Shown here one piece after another: positions 34,879-43,416 of a DNA stretch of 43,416 nt (positions within the stretch are counted from its first letter, which is position 1; each line of letters begins with the position of its first letter). The stretch lies in assembly GCA_041611735.1 (NCBI GenBank), contig JBFIML010000038.1:1-43416 (forward strand). Direction: 5' to 3'. The position numbers were made by a program, and so were the translations under genes. Under the pieces are notes generated by a model, which was not told the DNA's origin, did not search any database, and was given only the letters and a program-made list of their open reading frames with translations. The DNA is from Myxococcota bacterium. GTDB taxonomy: Bacteria; Myxococcota_A; UBA9160; PR03.

Positions 34879-34907
34879 CGACCCAGTGTAAGCGAGCGGA
34901 AGGCGCG

Positions 34908-34936
34908 TTGACGCGTTGGGCAGCGGGCCCTAGGCT
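34908..34936 (+). promoter_or_regulatory. Sigma70-type promoter of tRNA-Leu
   Basis: TTGACG-N17-TAGGCT, ending 9 nt before the tRNA. Confidence 0.7.
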
Positions 34937-34945
34937 TCGCCACGC

Positions 34946-35032
34946 GCCCGGGTGGCGGAATTGGCAGACGCGCTAGATTCAGGATCTAGTGGCCGAAAGG
35001 CCGTGCTGGTTCGACTCCAGTCCCGGGCACCA
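34946..35032 (+). tRNA. tRNA-Leu (anticodon CAG)
   Basis: Acceptor stem GCCCGGG/CCCGGGC, anticodon arm CTAGA-TTCAGGA-TCTAG, long variable arm GGCC-GAAA-GGCC, T-loop GTTCGAC, encoded CCA. Length 87 nt. Confidence 0.97.
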
Positions 35033-35115
35033 GCCGCTTCCCGTCAGGACCCCCTCCGCTCGCCTTGACCTGAGCCCGCTGGGGCTTAGGGTTGTGGGAT
35101 ACTGTGGGGGAATTC

Positions 35116-37506
35116 GTGTCCCAGAGCCAGGTCGTGACCACCGTGGGCGGCGAGCGCATGGAGCTTCCGGAGCAGCTCCCGCTGCTCCCCGTGCGGGACG
35201 CCGTGGTGTTTCCCGGCGTGACCCGGCCCCTCGCCATCGGGCGTCCCAAGTCCCTGGCGGCGCTGGAGCAGGCGGGCCAGGGAGGGCTCCTTGTGGTGGC
35301 CACCCAGCACGACGCCCAGACCGAGGAGCCCGTTCTCGAGGAGCTCCACCCGGTCGGGTGCGTGGTGCGCGTGGCGCGTGTGATCGACGCGCGTGGCGAC
35401 GGCAAGCAGGCGATCGTGGTCGGCGTGGCCCGCGCCCGGCTGCTCGAGCTCGTGGCCACCGACCCCGCCCTGCGGGTGCGGGTGCAGCCCATCTCCGAAG
35501 TGGACCTGCCCTCCACCGAACGCGACGCGGTGTGGCAGCGCGTGATCGAGCTGGCGCAGCGGGTGATCGACCTGCGCGACGACCTGCCGGACGAGTGGAA
35601 GACCTTCGTCGCGAGCCTGCCGAGCGCCGGGCTCCTGGCGGATCTGGTGGCGTCCACCCTGCCGCTCGCCCCCGAGGAGCAGGTGGCCCTGCTCTCCGAG
35701 GCGGACGCGACGCCGCGCCTGGAGCGCGTAGCCCGGCACCTGGAGCGCGAGGTCACCATCGCGGAGACCCAGCGCAACCTGCGCGCGGAGTCCGAATCCC
35801 AGGAGACCGATCCAAAGCGCCGGGAGCGCCTGCTGCGACGCCGCATGCGCGACATCCAGGGCGAGATCGGCGAGGGCGACGCGGGCTTCGCCGAGGTGGA
35901 CGAGCTGCGCGAACGCATCGAGGCCGCCGGCCTGCCCCCGGAGGCCAAGGCCCAGGCGGATCGGGAGCTGAAGCGCCTCTCCGCCCTGCCCCAGCACGCG
36001 CCCGACCGTCACCTGATCCGGACCTATCTGGAGTGGCTGGCGGATCTCCCCTGGTCGACCGAGACGGAGGACAAGCTCGACCTGCCCGCGGCTCACCGCA
36101 TCCTCGACGAAGACCACTACGACCTGGACAAGCTGAAGGAGCGTATCCTCGAGTACCTGGCGGTGCGCAAGCTCGCTCCGGAGGCCCAGGGCCCGATCCT
36201 CTGCTTCGTGGGCCCGCCCGGGGTCGGCAAGACCTCGCTGGGCCGCTCGATCGCGCGCGCCATGGGACGCAAGTTCGCGCGGGCCTCCCTGGGCGGGGTA
36301 CGCGACGAAGCGGAGATCCGCGGACACCGCCGGACCTACGTGGGAGCCATGCCGGGACGCATCCTGCAGAGCCTGCGGCGTGCGGGGTCGCGCAATCCGG
36401 TCTTTCTCCTCGACGAGGTCGACAAGCTCGGTACCGATTTCCGCGGTGACCCCTCTTCGGCCCTGCTCGAGGTGCTCGATCCCGAGCAGAACCACGCCTT
36501 CAGCGACCACTACGTGGAGGTCTGCTTCGACCTCTCGCGGGTCCTCTTCATCGCAACCGCCAACACCCTGGCCACGATTCCGCCGGCTTTGCTGGATCGG
36601 ATGGAGGTGATCGAGCTGCCCGGGTATACGGACCGGGAGAAGCACCTCATCGCGCGCGATCACCTGATCCCCAAGCAACTGGATGCCCATGGCCTCGACG
36701 CCGGTCGCATCGAGATCGCCGACGCAGCCATCGACAAGGCGGTGAGCGAGTACACCCGGGAGGCCGGCGTCCGCAACCTGGACCGGCACATCGCAACGCT
36801 GATGCGCAAGGCCGCCCGCCGCATCGCCGAGGGCCAGGCCGAGGGGAAGCTGGTGGTCGACGACCCGTTCGTAGCCGAGGCACTCGGCGCGCCGCCGCAC
36901 CTGCCCGAGACGGCAGAGCGCACCGAGGTGCCGGGCGTCGCGGTGGGACTCGCCCGCACCGCCCACGGCGGCGACATCCTCTTCCTGGAAGCCACCGCCA
37001 TGCCGGGTGGTGAGGGCGTCCGCCTGCGTTTGACGGGGCAGCTCGGTGACGTGATGCGCGAGTCCGCGGAGGCGGCGCTCTCCTGGGTGCGCGCCAATGC
37101 GGAGCGTCTCGGCCTCGACCACCCCGCCCTCTCCGCCGGTGAAGTCCACCTGCACGTGCCGGCCGGAGCCGTCCCGAAGGACGGCCCGTCGGCCGGCGTT
37201 GCGCTGGTCGCCGCGCTGGTGTCGAGCCTCTCGGCCCGGCGCGCACGGGGCGACGTGGCCATGACGGGGGAGCTCTCCTTGCGCGGCCGCGTGCTGCCGG
37301 TGGGTGGCATCAAGGACAAGGTGCTCGCCGCCTCGCGCGCGGGGATCCACACGGTGATCCTGCCGCGCCGCAACGAGAAGGACCTGGTGGACGTGCCGCA
37401 GGAGGTCCGGGAAAACCTGGACATCCGTGTGGTGGACACCCTCGACGAAGTCCTGGCCGTTGCGCTGGAGGCGCCGCCCACGCACCCGACGGCCGCCGCA
37501 GCGTAG
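35116..37506 (+). CDS. lon: ATP-dependent protease La (Lon)
   Basis: LPLLPVRD.V.FP N-domain, GPPGVGKTS Walker A, LLDEVDK Walker B, KDGPSAG (Ser) and GGIKDK (Lys). Start is GTG 35116 or ATG 35158. Confidence 0.96.
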   Translation: MSQSQVVTTVGGERMELPEQLPLLPVRDAVVFPGVTRPLAIGRPKSLAALEQAGQGGLLVVATQHDAQTEEPVLEELHPVGCVVRVARVIDARGDGKQAIVVGVARARLLELVATDPALRVRVQPISEVDLPSTERDAVWQRVIELAQRVIDLRDDLPDEWKTFVASLPSAGLLADLVASTLPLAPEEQVALLSEADATPRLERVARHLEREVTIAETQRNLRAESESQETDPKRRERLLRRRMRDIQGEIGEGDAGFAEVDELRERIEAAGLPPEAKAQADRELKRLSALPQHAPDRHLIRTYLEWLADLPWSTETEDKLDLPAAHRILDEDHYDLDKLKERILEYLAVRKLAPEAQGPILCFVGPPGVGKTSLGRSIARAMGRKFARASLGGVRDEAEIRGHRRTYVGAMPGRILQSLRRAGSRNPVFLLDEVDKLGTDFRGDPSSALLEVLDPEQNHAFSDHYVEVCFDLSRVLFIATANTLATIPPALLDRMEVIELPGYTDREKHLIARDHLIPKQLDAHGLDAGRIEIADAAIDKAVSEYTREAGVRNLDRHIATLMRKAARRIAEGQAEGKLVVDDPFVAEALGAPPHLPETAERTEVPGVAVGLARTAHGGDILFLEATAMPGGEGVRLRLTGQLGDVMRESAEAALSWVRANAERLGLDHPALSAGEVHLHVPAGAVPKDGPSAGVALVAALVSSLSARRARGDVAMTGELSLRGRVLPVGGIKDKVLAASRAGIHTVILPRRNEKDLVDVPQEVRENLDIRVVDTLDEVLAVALEAPPTHPTAAAA

Positions 37507-37560
37507 CTTCCTCGCCGCGCCGCCCCTCTTTCCGTCCAGACTGGAATCAATCGTCGTCTT

Positions 37561-37628
37561 TGTGACCCGGGTCACCAAGTGATCGTCGGACGGGCGCGAA
37601 GAATCCTCATCGTGTGACCACGGTCACG
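37561..37628. promoter_or_regulatory. Two CRP/FNR-family-like boxes
   Basis: TGTGA-CCCGGG-TCACC (37561-37576) and TGTGA-CCACGG-TCACG (37613-37628), each 9/10 to TGTGA-N6-TCACA. Confidence 0.65.
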
Positions 37629-37756
37629 ACGCCCCCCCGCGCAGACGCCAGAATTGCGCACTCATTGGATGGGGTGCCGGCCCCAACGGGGCCGTCGGGA
37701 TCCAGATTCCAGTCCTGGAACGATCCCGCCGAAAGGACAGTCTGGAGGGGAAGCGC

Positions 37757-39013
37757 ATGGTGCGTGGAGCGCGCGCTCTCGTAGCGAGCTGGGTCGTCTG
37801 CTTGGGTGCCGCGGTCCCGACGGCGACCCCGGCGGCCGTCGTCTACGGGAGGGCGGCCACCTTCGAATGGAGCCCGGCGCAGGGACCCGTGGAAGGCTAT
37901 GCCGTCTACGTCGCGCGGAACTCCAGTGCGTTTCCCCCCATTCCCGAAACGATCCTCCAGGGCAACGGCAGGCGACGCGCCACCGTCACCGCCTCCTACG
38001 GGGACACGCTCCAGGTGCGCGTGGCGGCCTTCAACGAGCGCGACGGCATGGGTCCCCTCTCGCCGAGTTCGACCACGGTCACCTTCCTCGCACCGGCCGG
38101 ACAGGCCGCCAACTTCGGCAGGCAGGGCTCCGACTTCGACGGGGATGGGCGCTCGGACGTTCTCTTCCAGGACCCGGCCACCGGGCGCACCGTGATCTGG
38201 AAGATCAACGGAACGCGCCTGGTGGGGGACTCGAGCCTGGGCGCCCTGGCCAATGCCCGCGCCGAGGCGGTCGGGGACTTCGACGGCGACGGCGACGCGG
38301 ACGTGCTGTGGCGGCGAGCGGGAGGCTCCTGGGCCGTGGCCGAGATCCAGCGCGGCGCCCAGGTCGGGCTGCGGGACCACAGCGTCCCGGCCGGCGCCAA
38401 GCTGGCGGGGTCCGGAGACTACGACGGAGACGGCATGACCGATCTCCTGTGGCTGCGCCCCGGGCGCGACCTCGAGCTCGATCCCGCCCAGGGAGGGAAC
38501 GTCGACCTGGGCTTCTTCCCGGACGGCTGGACGATCGTCGCAAGCCCGGATCTGAACGGCGACGGCCGCAGCGACGTGGTGGTGCGGCGCGACCAGGACG
38601 GCCTCGTCTACGCATGGCTCATGGACGGCGACCGCCTGCTCGGCCACGGCGGGCTGGGCCACCCGGGCCCCGACTGGAAGGTGGTCGCGACACCGGACCT
38701 GAACGGCGACGGGCGCCAGGACCTCCTGTTCCGCCGCTCCAGCGACGGCCTGATCTACGCCTGGCTCGTGGACGGCGTGCAGGTGGTCGCGCACGGGGGC
38801 GTCAGCGCGCTGCACCGGACGTGGGCCGTGGTGGCCACCCCCGACCTGAATGCAGACGGTCGGCACGACATCCTGCTCCAGCGCAACGACGGCCTCGTGT
38901 ACGCCTGGCTGATGCAGGGCACCCGCGTGGTGGATCATGGAGGCGTGGCGCTCCAGGACCGGCGTTGGGCCGTGGTCGGGGCCTCGGATCCCCAGGCCAT
39001 CGGCGTGCGCTGA
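37757..39013 (+). CDS. Secreted FG-GAP/VCBS repeat protein with N-terminal FN3-like segment
   Basis: Signal-like N-terminus, W.P....V.GY.VY...VRVAAFN..G.GP.S FN3-like segment, six D[FYL][DN][GA]DG..D repeats. GGAGGGG RBS. Confidence 0.85.
   Translation: MVRGARALVASWVVCLGAAVPTATPAAVVYGRAATFEWSPAQGPVEGYAVYVARNSSAFPPIPETILQGNGRRRATVTASYGDTLQVRVAAFNERDGMGPLSPSSTTVTFLAPAGQAANFGRQGSDFDGDGRSDVLFQDPATGRTVIWKINGTRLVGDSSLGALANARAEAVGDFDGDGDADVLWRRAGGSWAVAEIQRGAQVGLRDHSVPAGAKLAGSGDYDGDGMTDLLWLRPGRDLELDPAQGGNVDLGFFPDGWTIVASPDLNGDGRSDVVVRRDQDGLVYAWLMDGDRLLGHGGLGHPGPDWKVVATPDLNGDGRQDLLFRRSSDGLIYAWLVDGVQVVAHGGVSALHRTWAVVATPDLNADGRHDILLQRNDGLVYAWLMQGTRVVDHGGVALQDRRWAVVGASDPQAIGVR
38528..38980 (+). repeat. 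Three tandem ~150-bp intragenic repeats
   Basis: W.[IV]VA[ST]PDLN[GA]DGR.D....R..DGL[VI]YAWL[MV].G is repeated three times. Boundaries are approximate. Confidence 0.8.
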
Positions 39014-39112
39014 ACGCCCCTTCCCCCGAAGCGCAGGACCCGTCGGACGCTCCGGGCGGCGAGGCACCGGGCTGGACCCGCAGCGCGAGGGGGCCATCGG
39101 GCCTGGGGACGG

Positions 39113-41578
39113 CTACCGGCCGCTGCTGCGGGGGCGACCCCTGTCGGCCGACCCGGCCCCATCGCGCCGCCGGGCGTAGAGACGGGAGGCCGGTCCCTTC
39201 TTGAGGGCCTCCACGAGCCGGTAGGAGCGGCTGGCCGTGATACGGTGCAGGCGCGTGAGCGGATCCTCGCTCTCGCGCGGCGGATCCCAGCCCGGCCCGA
39301 AGCGCACGCGAGCAGACATCCGATACAACGGGTTGCGCTTGAAGCGCTGGACGAGGCGCCAGGAGCGGGAGCTCTCGATCCGGTCCAGCTCCGCCTCGAC
39401 CTGCAGACGCGAGACGAAGCCCCGCCCGGACAGCGCCGAGTCGGCCCGCAGTCCGCCCCGCACCTCCCGCCACAGGGCGTCTGCGGTGTGCGAGAGGCGC
39501 ATGGACTCGAGCGCCTGCGTCACCCACTCCAGGGCCAGGGAGGGCGAAACCGGGGCCGCCTCCCGCTGCGCCGCCCGCTTGCGCGCCGCCTCGAAGACCG
39601 TGAGCAGGCGGTCCCCCAACTGCTCGAGCCGGAAGTCCCGGCACACCCGCTGGCGCGCTCGCTCTCCGTGGGTCCGGCAGCGCTCCGGATCGCTCAGGAG
39701 CCCCTGGAGGGCGTCCGCGTAGCGCCGCACCTCCGTCTCCTCGTCTCCGCGCGCGACCAGGATCCCACAGTCGGGGGTCAGCAGCTCCCGCTGGCCCCCG
39801 ACGTCGGCGCTCACCGTCGCCAGCTCCATGGCCATCGCCTCGAAGAGGGCCAGGGACACGCCCTCCCACCGGGACGGCAGGAAGAAGACGTCGGAGGCCG
39901 CCATGAGCGTACGCACCGTCCGGTTCGGAACCGCACCGAGCAGGCGAACCCGTTGGCGCAAGCCATGCCTGCGCACGAAGGCTTCGAGCCAGCCCCGGTC
40001 CGGCCCGTCGCCCGCCACCAGCGCCCGGAAGCGTACGCCGCGGCGAGACAGCTCCCGCAGGGTCCTCGCCAGCACGCGGGGCTGCTTCTGGGCGCAGAGG
40101 CGACCCGCAAAGAGAACCACCGCATCTCCCTGGCTTGCGCCCCAACGCTCCCGCAGGCGGCGCCGCTCCCGCGGACGGCGCCGCCAGAAGCGCACGTCCA
40201 CGTTGGTGTAGATCACCTCGATCCGGTCGGGGTCCGCGCCCCGGGCGACCATCCAGCCCTTCAGTTGCTGGGAGGAGACCAGGTTGCGGTCCAGGCAGGC
40301 CTGCATCCCCACGGCGAAACGCGGATACCCCCCGTTCTTCCAATCCGGCTCGTCGATGTGGCAGTAGTCCACGTACGCCGGCTCGGGACAGTGGGCGCGC
40401 AGGTAGGGAAGCATCAGGTAGCCGAACTCGCTGTGGGTGATCAGCACCACATCGGGTCGGCGCGACTCGATCAGGTAGCGCAGGAAAGCCGGTCGATCTC
40501 CCAGTGCCAGGAAGTGGTTGAGCTCGAACACGTCCGGGGTCAGGCGGGTGAACTGCGGCGTCCACGGGGCGTCCCCGGCAAGGGTCGAGGCGATGGTCAC
40601 CTCCCAGCCGCGCCCCGTGAGCAGGCGCACCACATCCAGGTTGAACTTGTCCGCGCCCCCGATCGCCATCCACGGCACGAGCAGGAGCAGCCGAGGCCGT
40701 TCCTTCGCCAGGGGGTTCGCGAAGGGCGGGCCCTCCCGGGGCCGCTCGTAGGGGACCGGCTCGCGCTCCGCCAGGCGGGGAACGCCGGAGCGGTAGAGGT
40801 TCGGGTAGCGCTGCCGCAGGCCCTGGCGGAAGGCGCGCAGGCGCCGGGCGCCCGCGAAGTCGCGCCAACGGTCTGAGTGGTCCTCCCGACGGCGATACCA
40901 TTCCAGGAACTCGCGCAGCGTGCCGCCCCACAGCCCCCGATCCGCACAGCGCAGCCACAGATCCCAGTCCTCGAAGCCGTGCCGGATGGTCTCGTCCTGC
41001 CCGCCCACGGCCTCGAACACCTGCCTGCGGATCATCACCCGGCCCGTCACGAGGTTGTGACGCAGCAGGCGGTCGCCGTCGTGGAAGCCCTGGGTCCAGA
41101 GGTACTGCCTGTTCCCGAAACCGACCGACCAGCTGCTCGCGAAGGCGTAGCGCGGATTCGTGACGAGGAACCAGATCAGCTTCTCCAGCGCGGTCGGCTC
41201 GATGAGGTCATCGTCGTCCAGCAGATACAGGAACTCACTGCGCGCGGCGCGGGCGCCCGTGTTGCGCGCGGCGGCCGGGCCCGCGTTGCGGGCGTGATCG
41301 AGCACCCGAACCCGCGGGTCGCAGTGGCGGAACTCGTCCAGGATCGCTCGGGACTCGGGATCCGGCGTCGCGTCGTTGACGATGATCCACTCCCAGCGTT
41401 GCAGGGACTGCTGGAACACCGCCCGGGCCGTGTCCCGAAACAGCGTTCCCGGATGGTGAAAGGGGGTCACGACGCTGACCAGCGGCTCCGCTGCCGCATC
41501 GGCCGGTGCGTAGGAGAAGCGGGGCCGACGCGCCGATACGGGCGTGTCGCTGTAGTCCGGCTGGTGGTGGTCGATCAC
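39113..41578 (-). CDS. Bifunctional GT2-GT4 glycosyltransferase
   Basis: N-terminal LVSVVTP, NAGPAAARN, LDDDD and FEDWDLW (GT2). C-terminal GGADKF, GRL..QK and PSRWEG....LFEAMA (GT4). GTG 41578 in a GTGA overlap. Confidence 0.9.
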   Translation of the reverse strand: MIDHHQPDYSDTPVSARRPRFSYAPADAAAEPLVSVVTPFHHPGTLFRDTARAVFQQSLQRWEWIIVNDATPDPESRAILDEFRHCDPRVRVLDHARNAGPAAARNTGARAARSEFLYLLDDDDLIEPTALEKLIWFLVTNPRYAFASSWSVGFGNRQYLWTQGFHDGDRLLRHNLVTGRVMIRRQVFEAVGGQDETIRHGFEDWDLWLRCADRGLWGGTLREFLEWYRRREDHSDRWRDFAGARRLRAFRQGLRQRYPNLYRSGVPRLAEREPVPYERPREGPPFANPLAKERPRLLLLVPWMAIGGADKFNLDVVRLLTGRGWEVTIASTLAGDAPWTPQFTRLTPDVFELNHFLALGDRPAFLRYLIESRRPDVVLITHSEFGYLMLPYLRAHCPEPAYVDYCHIDEPDWKNGGYPRFAVGMQACLDRNLVSSQQLKGWMVARGADPDRIEVIYTNVDVRFWRRRPRERRRLRERWGASQGDAVVLFAGRLCAQKQPRVLARTLRELSRRGVRFRALVAGDGPDRGWLEAFVRRHGLRQRVRLLGAVPNRTVRTLMAASDVFFLPSRWEGVSLALFEAMAMELATVSADVGGQRELLTPDCGILVARGDEETEVRRYADALQGLLSDPERCRTHGERARQRVCRDFRLEQLGDRLLTVFEAARKRAAQREAAPVSPSLALEWVTQALESMRLSHTADALWREVRGGLRADSALSGRGFVSRLQVEAELDRIESSRSWRLVQRFKRNPLYRMSARVRFGPGWDPPRESEDPLTRLHRITASRSYRLVEALKKGPASRLYARRRDGAGSADRGRPRSSGR

Positions 41579-42921
41579 GGCAGGGACGTGCTCCGTCGGG
41601 TCGGTGCCGGCCGAGGGTCTAGAGCGACCCGGTGCCGCGACACGGCGGCCCGGTAGACCGCATCGGTCGCTTCCACCATCTCCTCCAGGGTCGGCACCCG
41701 GGGCGCGGGACCCGGGCTCCGCCCGGGCAGCTCCGAGAGCACCCGGGCCAGATCTTCGGCGCAGTCCCGGGCGAAGCGCCGAGCGGCATCCGGCACCCGG
41801 AAGGCCACGCCGACCACGTCGCTGGTCACCACCTCGATCCCGGCGGCCTGCCCTTCCAGCAGCACGTAGGGAAGGTTCTCGGGCCAGCGGCTGGGGACCA
41901 CCAGCACGTCGAGCGTGCGCAGGAACGCCCGCATGGCGCCGCGATCCAGCAAACCGGTGAACTCCGCGTTCAGGCCTCGCGCCATGCGTGCCAGGCGCTC
42001 CGCGTAGCGCGGATCGTCTCGGGTCCCGGCCAATCGGACCCGGGTGCGTCGCCAGCCGAGTCGCTGGAGTGCCTCGAGCAGCAGGTCGGGTCCCTTGTGC
42101 GGCTGGAGGCTGCCCGCATAGCCGAGGACCAGCTGCCCGGGATCGGCAGGCAGGGCGGCGCGGCGACGGGGCGACGCGAACCAGGCGGGCGCGAGACCGT
42201 AGGGAACCAGGTGCCAGCGGTCGTGGGAGAGCAGCGGCTCGAGGACGTCCCGCGTGGCGGGCGATGGGAAGATCACCTGGTCGGCCTGATCCAGGACCCG
42301 GCGCAGGACCGCGCGGCGGCGGACCCAACGCCCGGGCTCGGCGAGCCCGTCACCGCGCATCACGGAGGCCAGGGCGAAACCGGCCCACCCGACGCCCGCC
42401 CCGACCCCGGGAATGGCGCCAAGCGGTCGAACGGCGGCTCGCGGATGATCCGCCAGGATGCACCGCACGCACTCGGCCCCGCTGCGTGCTCCCTGGCAGA
42501 TCTGGCGGCCCCGGCGGAGCAGGGTGCTGCGCGGGCAGGTCCACCAGAAATCCATGGTGGTGACCACCGTGGGGACCCCGAGCTCCTGGCAGGCAAGCAG
42601 GATTCCGACACCCAGGTGCGCCGGATTCGCCACGTGGACCAGATCCGGCCGCTCTCTCAAGAGCCAGCCGCGGGCTTGCCCGGCCGCGGCGCCCCGCACC
42701 GACATCCAACCTCGTGTGGGATGGGCGAAGGTGTGCGACCCGGCCTCAGCGTCCCGGCGGGTTCCCAGGGCCGCATGCCGTGCGTGGCCGCGCGGATCAC
42801 CGACCAGCAGACGGACCTCGTGCCCCCGCTGCCGCAACGAGGCGGTGAGGCTCTCCACGTAGTGCTCCGTGCCAAGCCGGTACGCATCACCCAGCTGCGT
42901 CGTAACGAGGACGATCTTCAT
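41575..42921 (-). CDS. GT4 family glycosyltransferase with Cys-rich insertion
   Basis: MKIVLVT, GTE, DFWWTCP...C...C..C, G...PHKG and PSRWPENLPYVLLE motifs. Confidence 0.88.
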   Translation of the reverse strand: MKIVLVTTQLGDAYRLGTEHYVESLTASLRQRGHEVRLLVGDPRGHARHAALGTRRDAEAGSHTFAHPTRGWMSVRGAAAGQARGWLLRERPDLVHVANPAHLGVGILLACQELGVPTVVTTMDFWWTCPRSTLLRRGRQICQGARSGAECVRCILADHPRAAVRPLGAIPGVGAGVGWAGFALASVMRGDGLAEPGRWVRRRAVLRRVLDQADQVIFPSPATRDVLEPLLSHDRWHLVPYGLAPAWFASPRRRAALPADPGQLVLGYAGSLQPHKGPDLLLEALQRLGWRRTRVRLAGTRDDPRYAERLARMARGLNAEFTGLLDRGAMRAFLRTLDVLVVPSRWPENLPYVLLEGQAAGIEVVTSDVVGVAFRVPDAARRFARDCAEDLARVLSELPGRSPGPAPRVPTLEEMVEATDAVYRAAVSRHRVALDPRPAPTRRSTSLP

Positions 42922-43416
42922 GAAAGCGGGGTTCCGCCGCAAACGGAGTCCAGGATAACCAGATCTCCGCCCATGGACATCGGACGCGGATCAAGACCCC
43001 GGCGCGGTGAGGCCACCCGGGCTCGCGCGCGTTGCGCACCCCGCGCCGTCAGCCGGGCCCGGAGCTCGGGGCGCTCGGCCAGGGTAGCGACCGCCCGGGC
43101 CAGGGAGTCGGCCGCCGGGTCCTCGACCATCAGGCTGCCGTCGCCGTAGAACTCGGCGAGGGCCGAATTGCGCGCAAGCACGACCGGGACCCCACACGCC
43201 ATGGCCTCCACCGGCGGAAGGCCGAAGCCCTCGTGGACCGAGGGATACACCAGGACCCGGGCCAGGCGGGTGGGTCTCGGGCAGCAGCCGGACGCTCAGG
43301 TCGAACACCGTCACGACGCTGGGAATGCGGGCGCGGAACGGGGCCACGTAGTTCGTGCCATGCACCAGGTCCGCGCCGTCTCGAAACGCGACGAAGCCGG
43401 CCCGGGCCCGCAGGCG
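42918..43416 (-). pseudogene. GT4 glycosyltransferase remnant (internal deletion with frameshift; 5' end outside window)
   Basis: The N-domain motif DLVHGTNY.....PSVVTVFDL.....PETHP abuts, in a different frame, the C-domain motif ARVLVYPS.HEGFGLPPVEAMACG near 43267. Confidence 0.75.

Noticed and set aside
34946-35060. tRNA-Leu as an integration site for an island
   Set aside because: No integrase, and no convincing duplicate of the tRNA 3' end seen in the window. The flanks are rnr and lon.
37715-37730. TGGAACGATCCCGC as a sigma54 promoter for the FG-GAP gene
   Set aside because: The spacing is GG-N9-GC rather than the required N10.
1-43416. CRISPR arrays, IS elements, prophage or defence systems
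   Set aside because: I saw no regularly spaced repeats and no transposase, integrase or phage genes. The DUF1998 helicase lacks DISARM/Druantia neighbours.

Overview
A very GC-rich (by eye >70%), gene-dense bacterial window, probably from a Myxococcota/deltaproteobacterium-like organism. That assignment is inferred from the PEP-CTERM gene, a MYXO-CTERM-like tail and the Cys/Asp-rich repeats. Most long ORFs in the track are antisense or frameshifted shadows; I call 32 intact CDS, one pseudogene and one tRNA-Leu(CAG). Positions 1-25.6 kb form a cell-surface modification locus. It contains a sigma54-type PEP-CTERM protein gene, three TMTC-like (GT-C plus TPR) glycosyltransferases, two further polytopic GT-C-like proteins, two ArnC-like GT2s, a DegT aminotransferase, WbqC and an NDP-sugar dehydratase. 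It also carries tailoring enzymes: radical SAM/SPASM, a ferritin-like diiron enzyme resembling CylC-type halogenases more than AurF, an AspH/LpxO-type dioxygenase, a membrane desaturase, an MBL-SCP2-like fusion, a methyltransferase and a GNAT. Positions 25.8-37.5 kb are more housekeeping: an MrfA-type helicase fused to a DEDD exonuclease, a class V PLP enzyme, a GT4, a second DegT, rnr, tRNA-Leu and lon. Positions 37.7-43.4 kb hold an FG-GAP repeat protein behind two CRP-like boxes, a GT2-GT4 fusion, a GT4 and an internally deleted GT4 remnant. The best candidates for something undescribed are (i) an arn-like operon that appears to feed an N-acylated amino sugar to TMTC-like transferases, and (ii) a CylC-like halogenase homolog in a glyco/lipid locus with no ACP or PKS. 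All family calls come from motifs read by eye and from remembered family consensus; no searches were run. Several start codons were re-assigned from the ORF track using overlaps, RBS or -10 elements.
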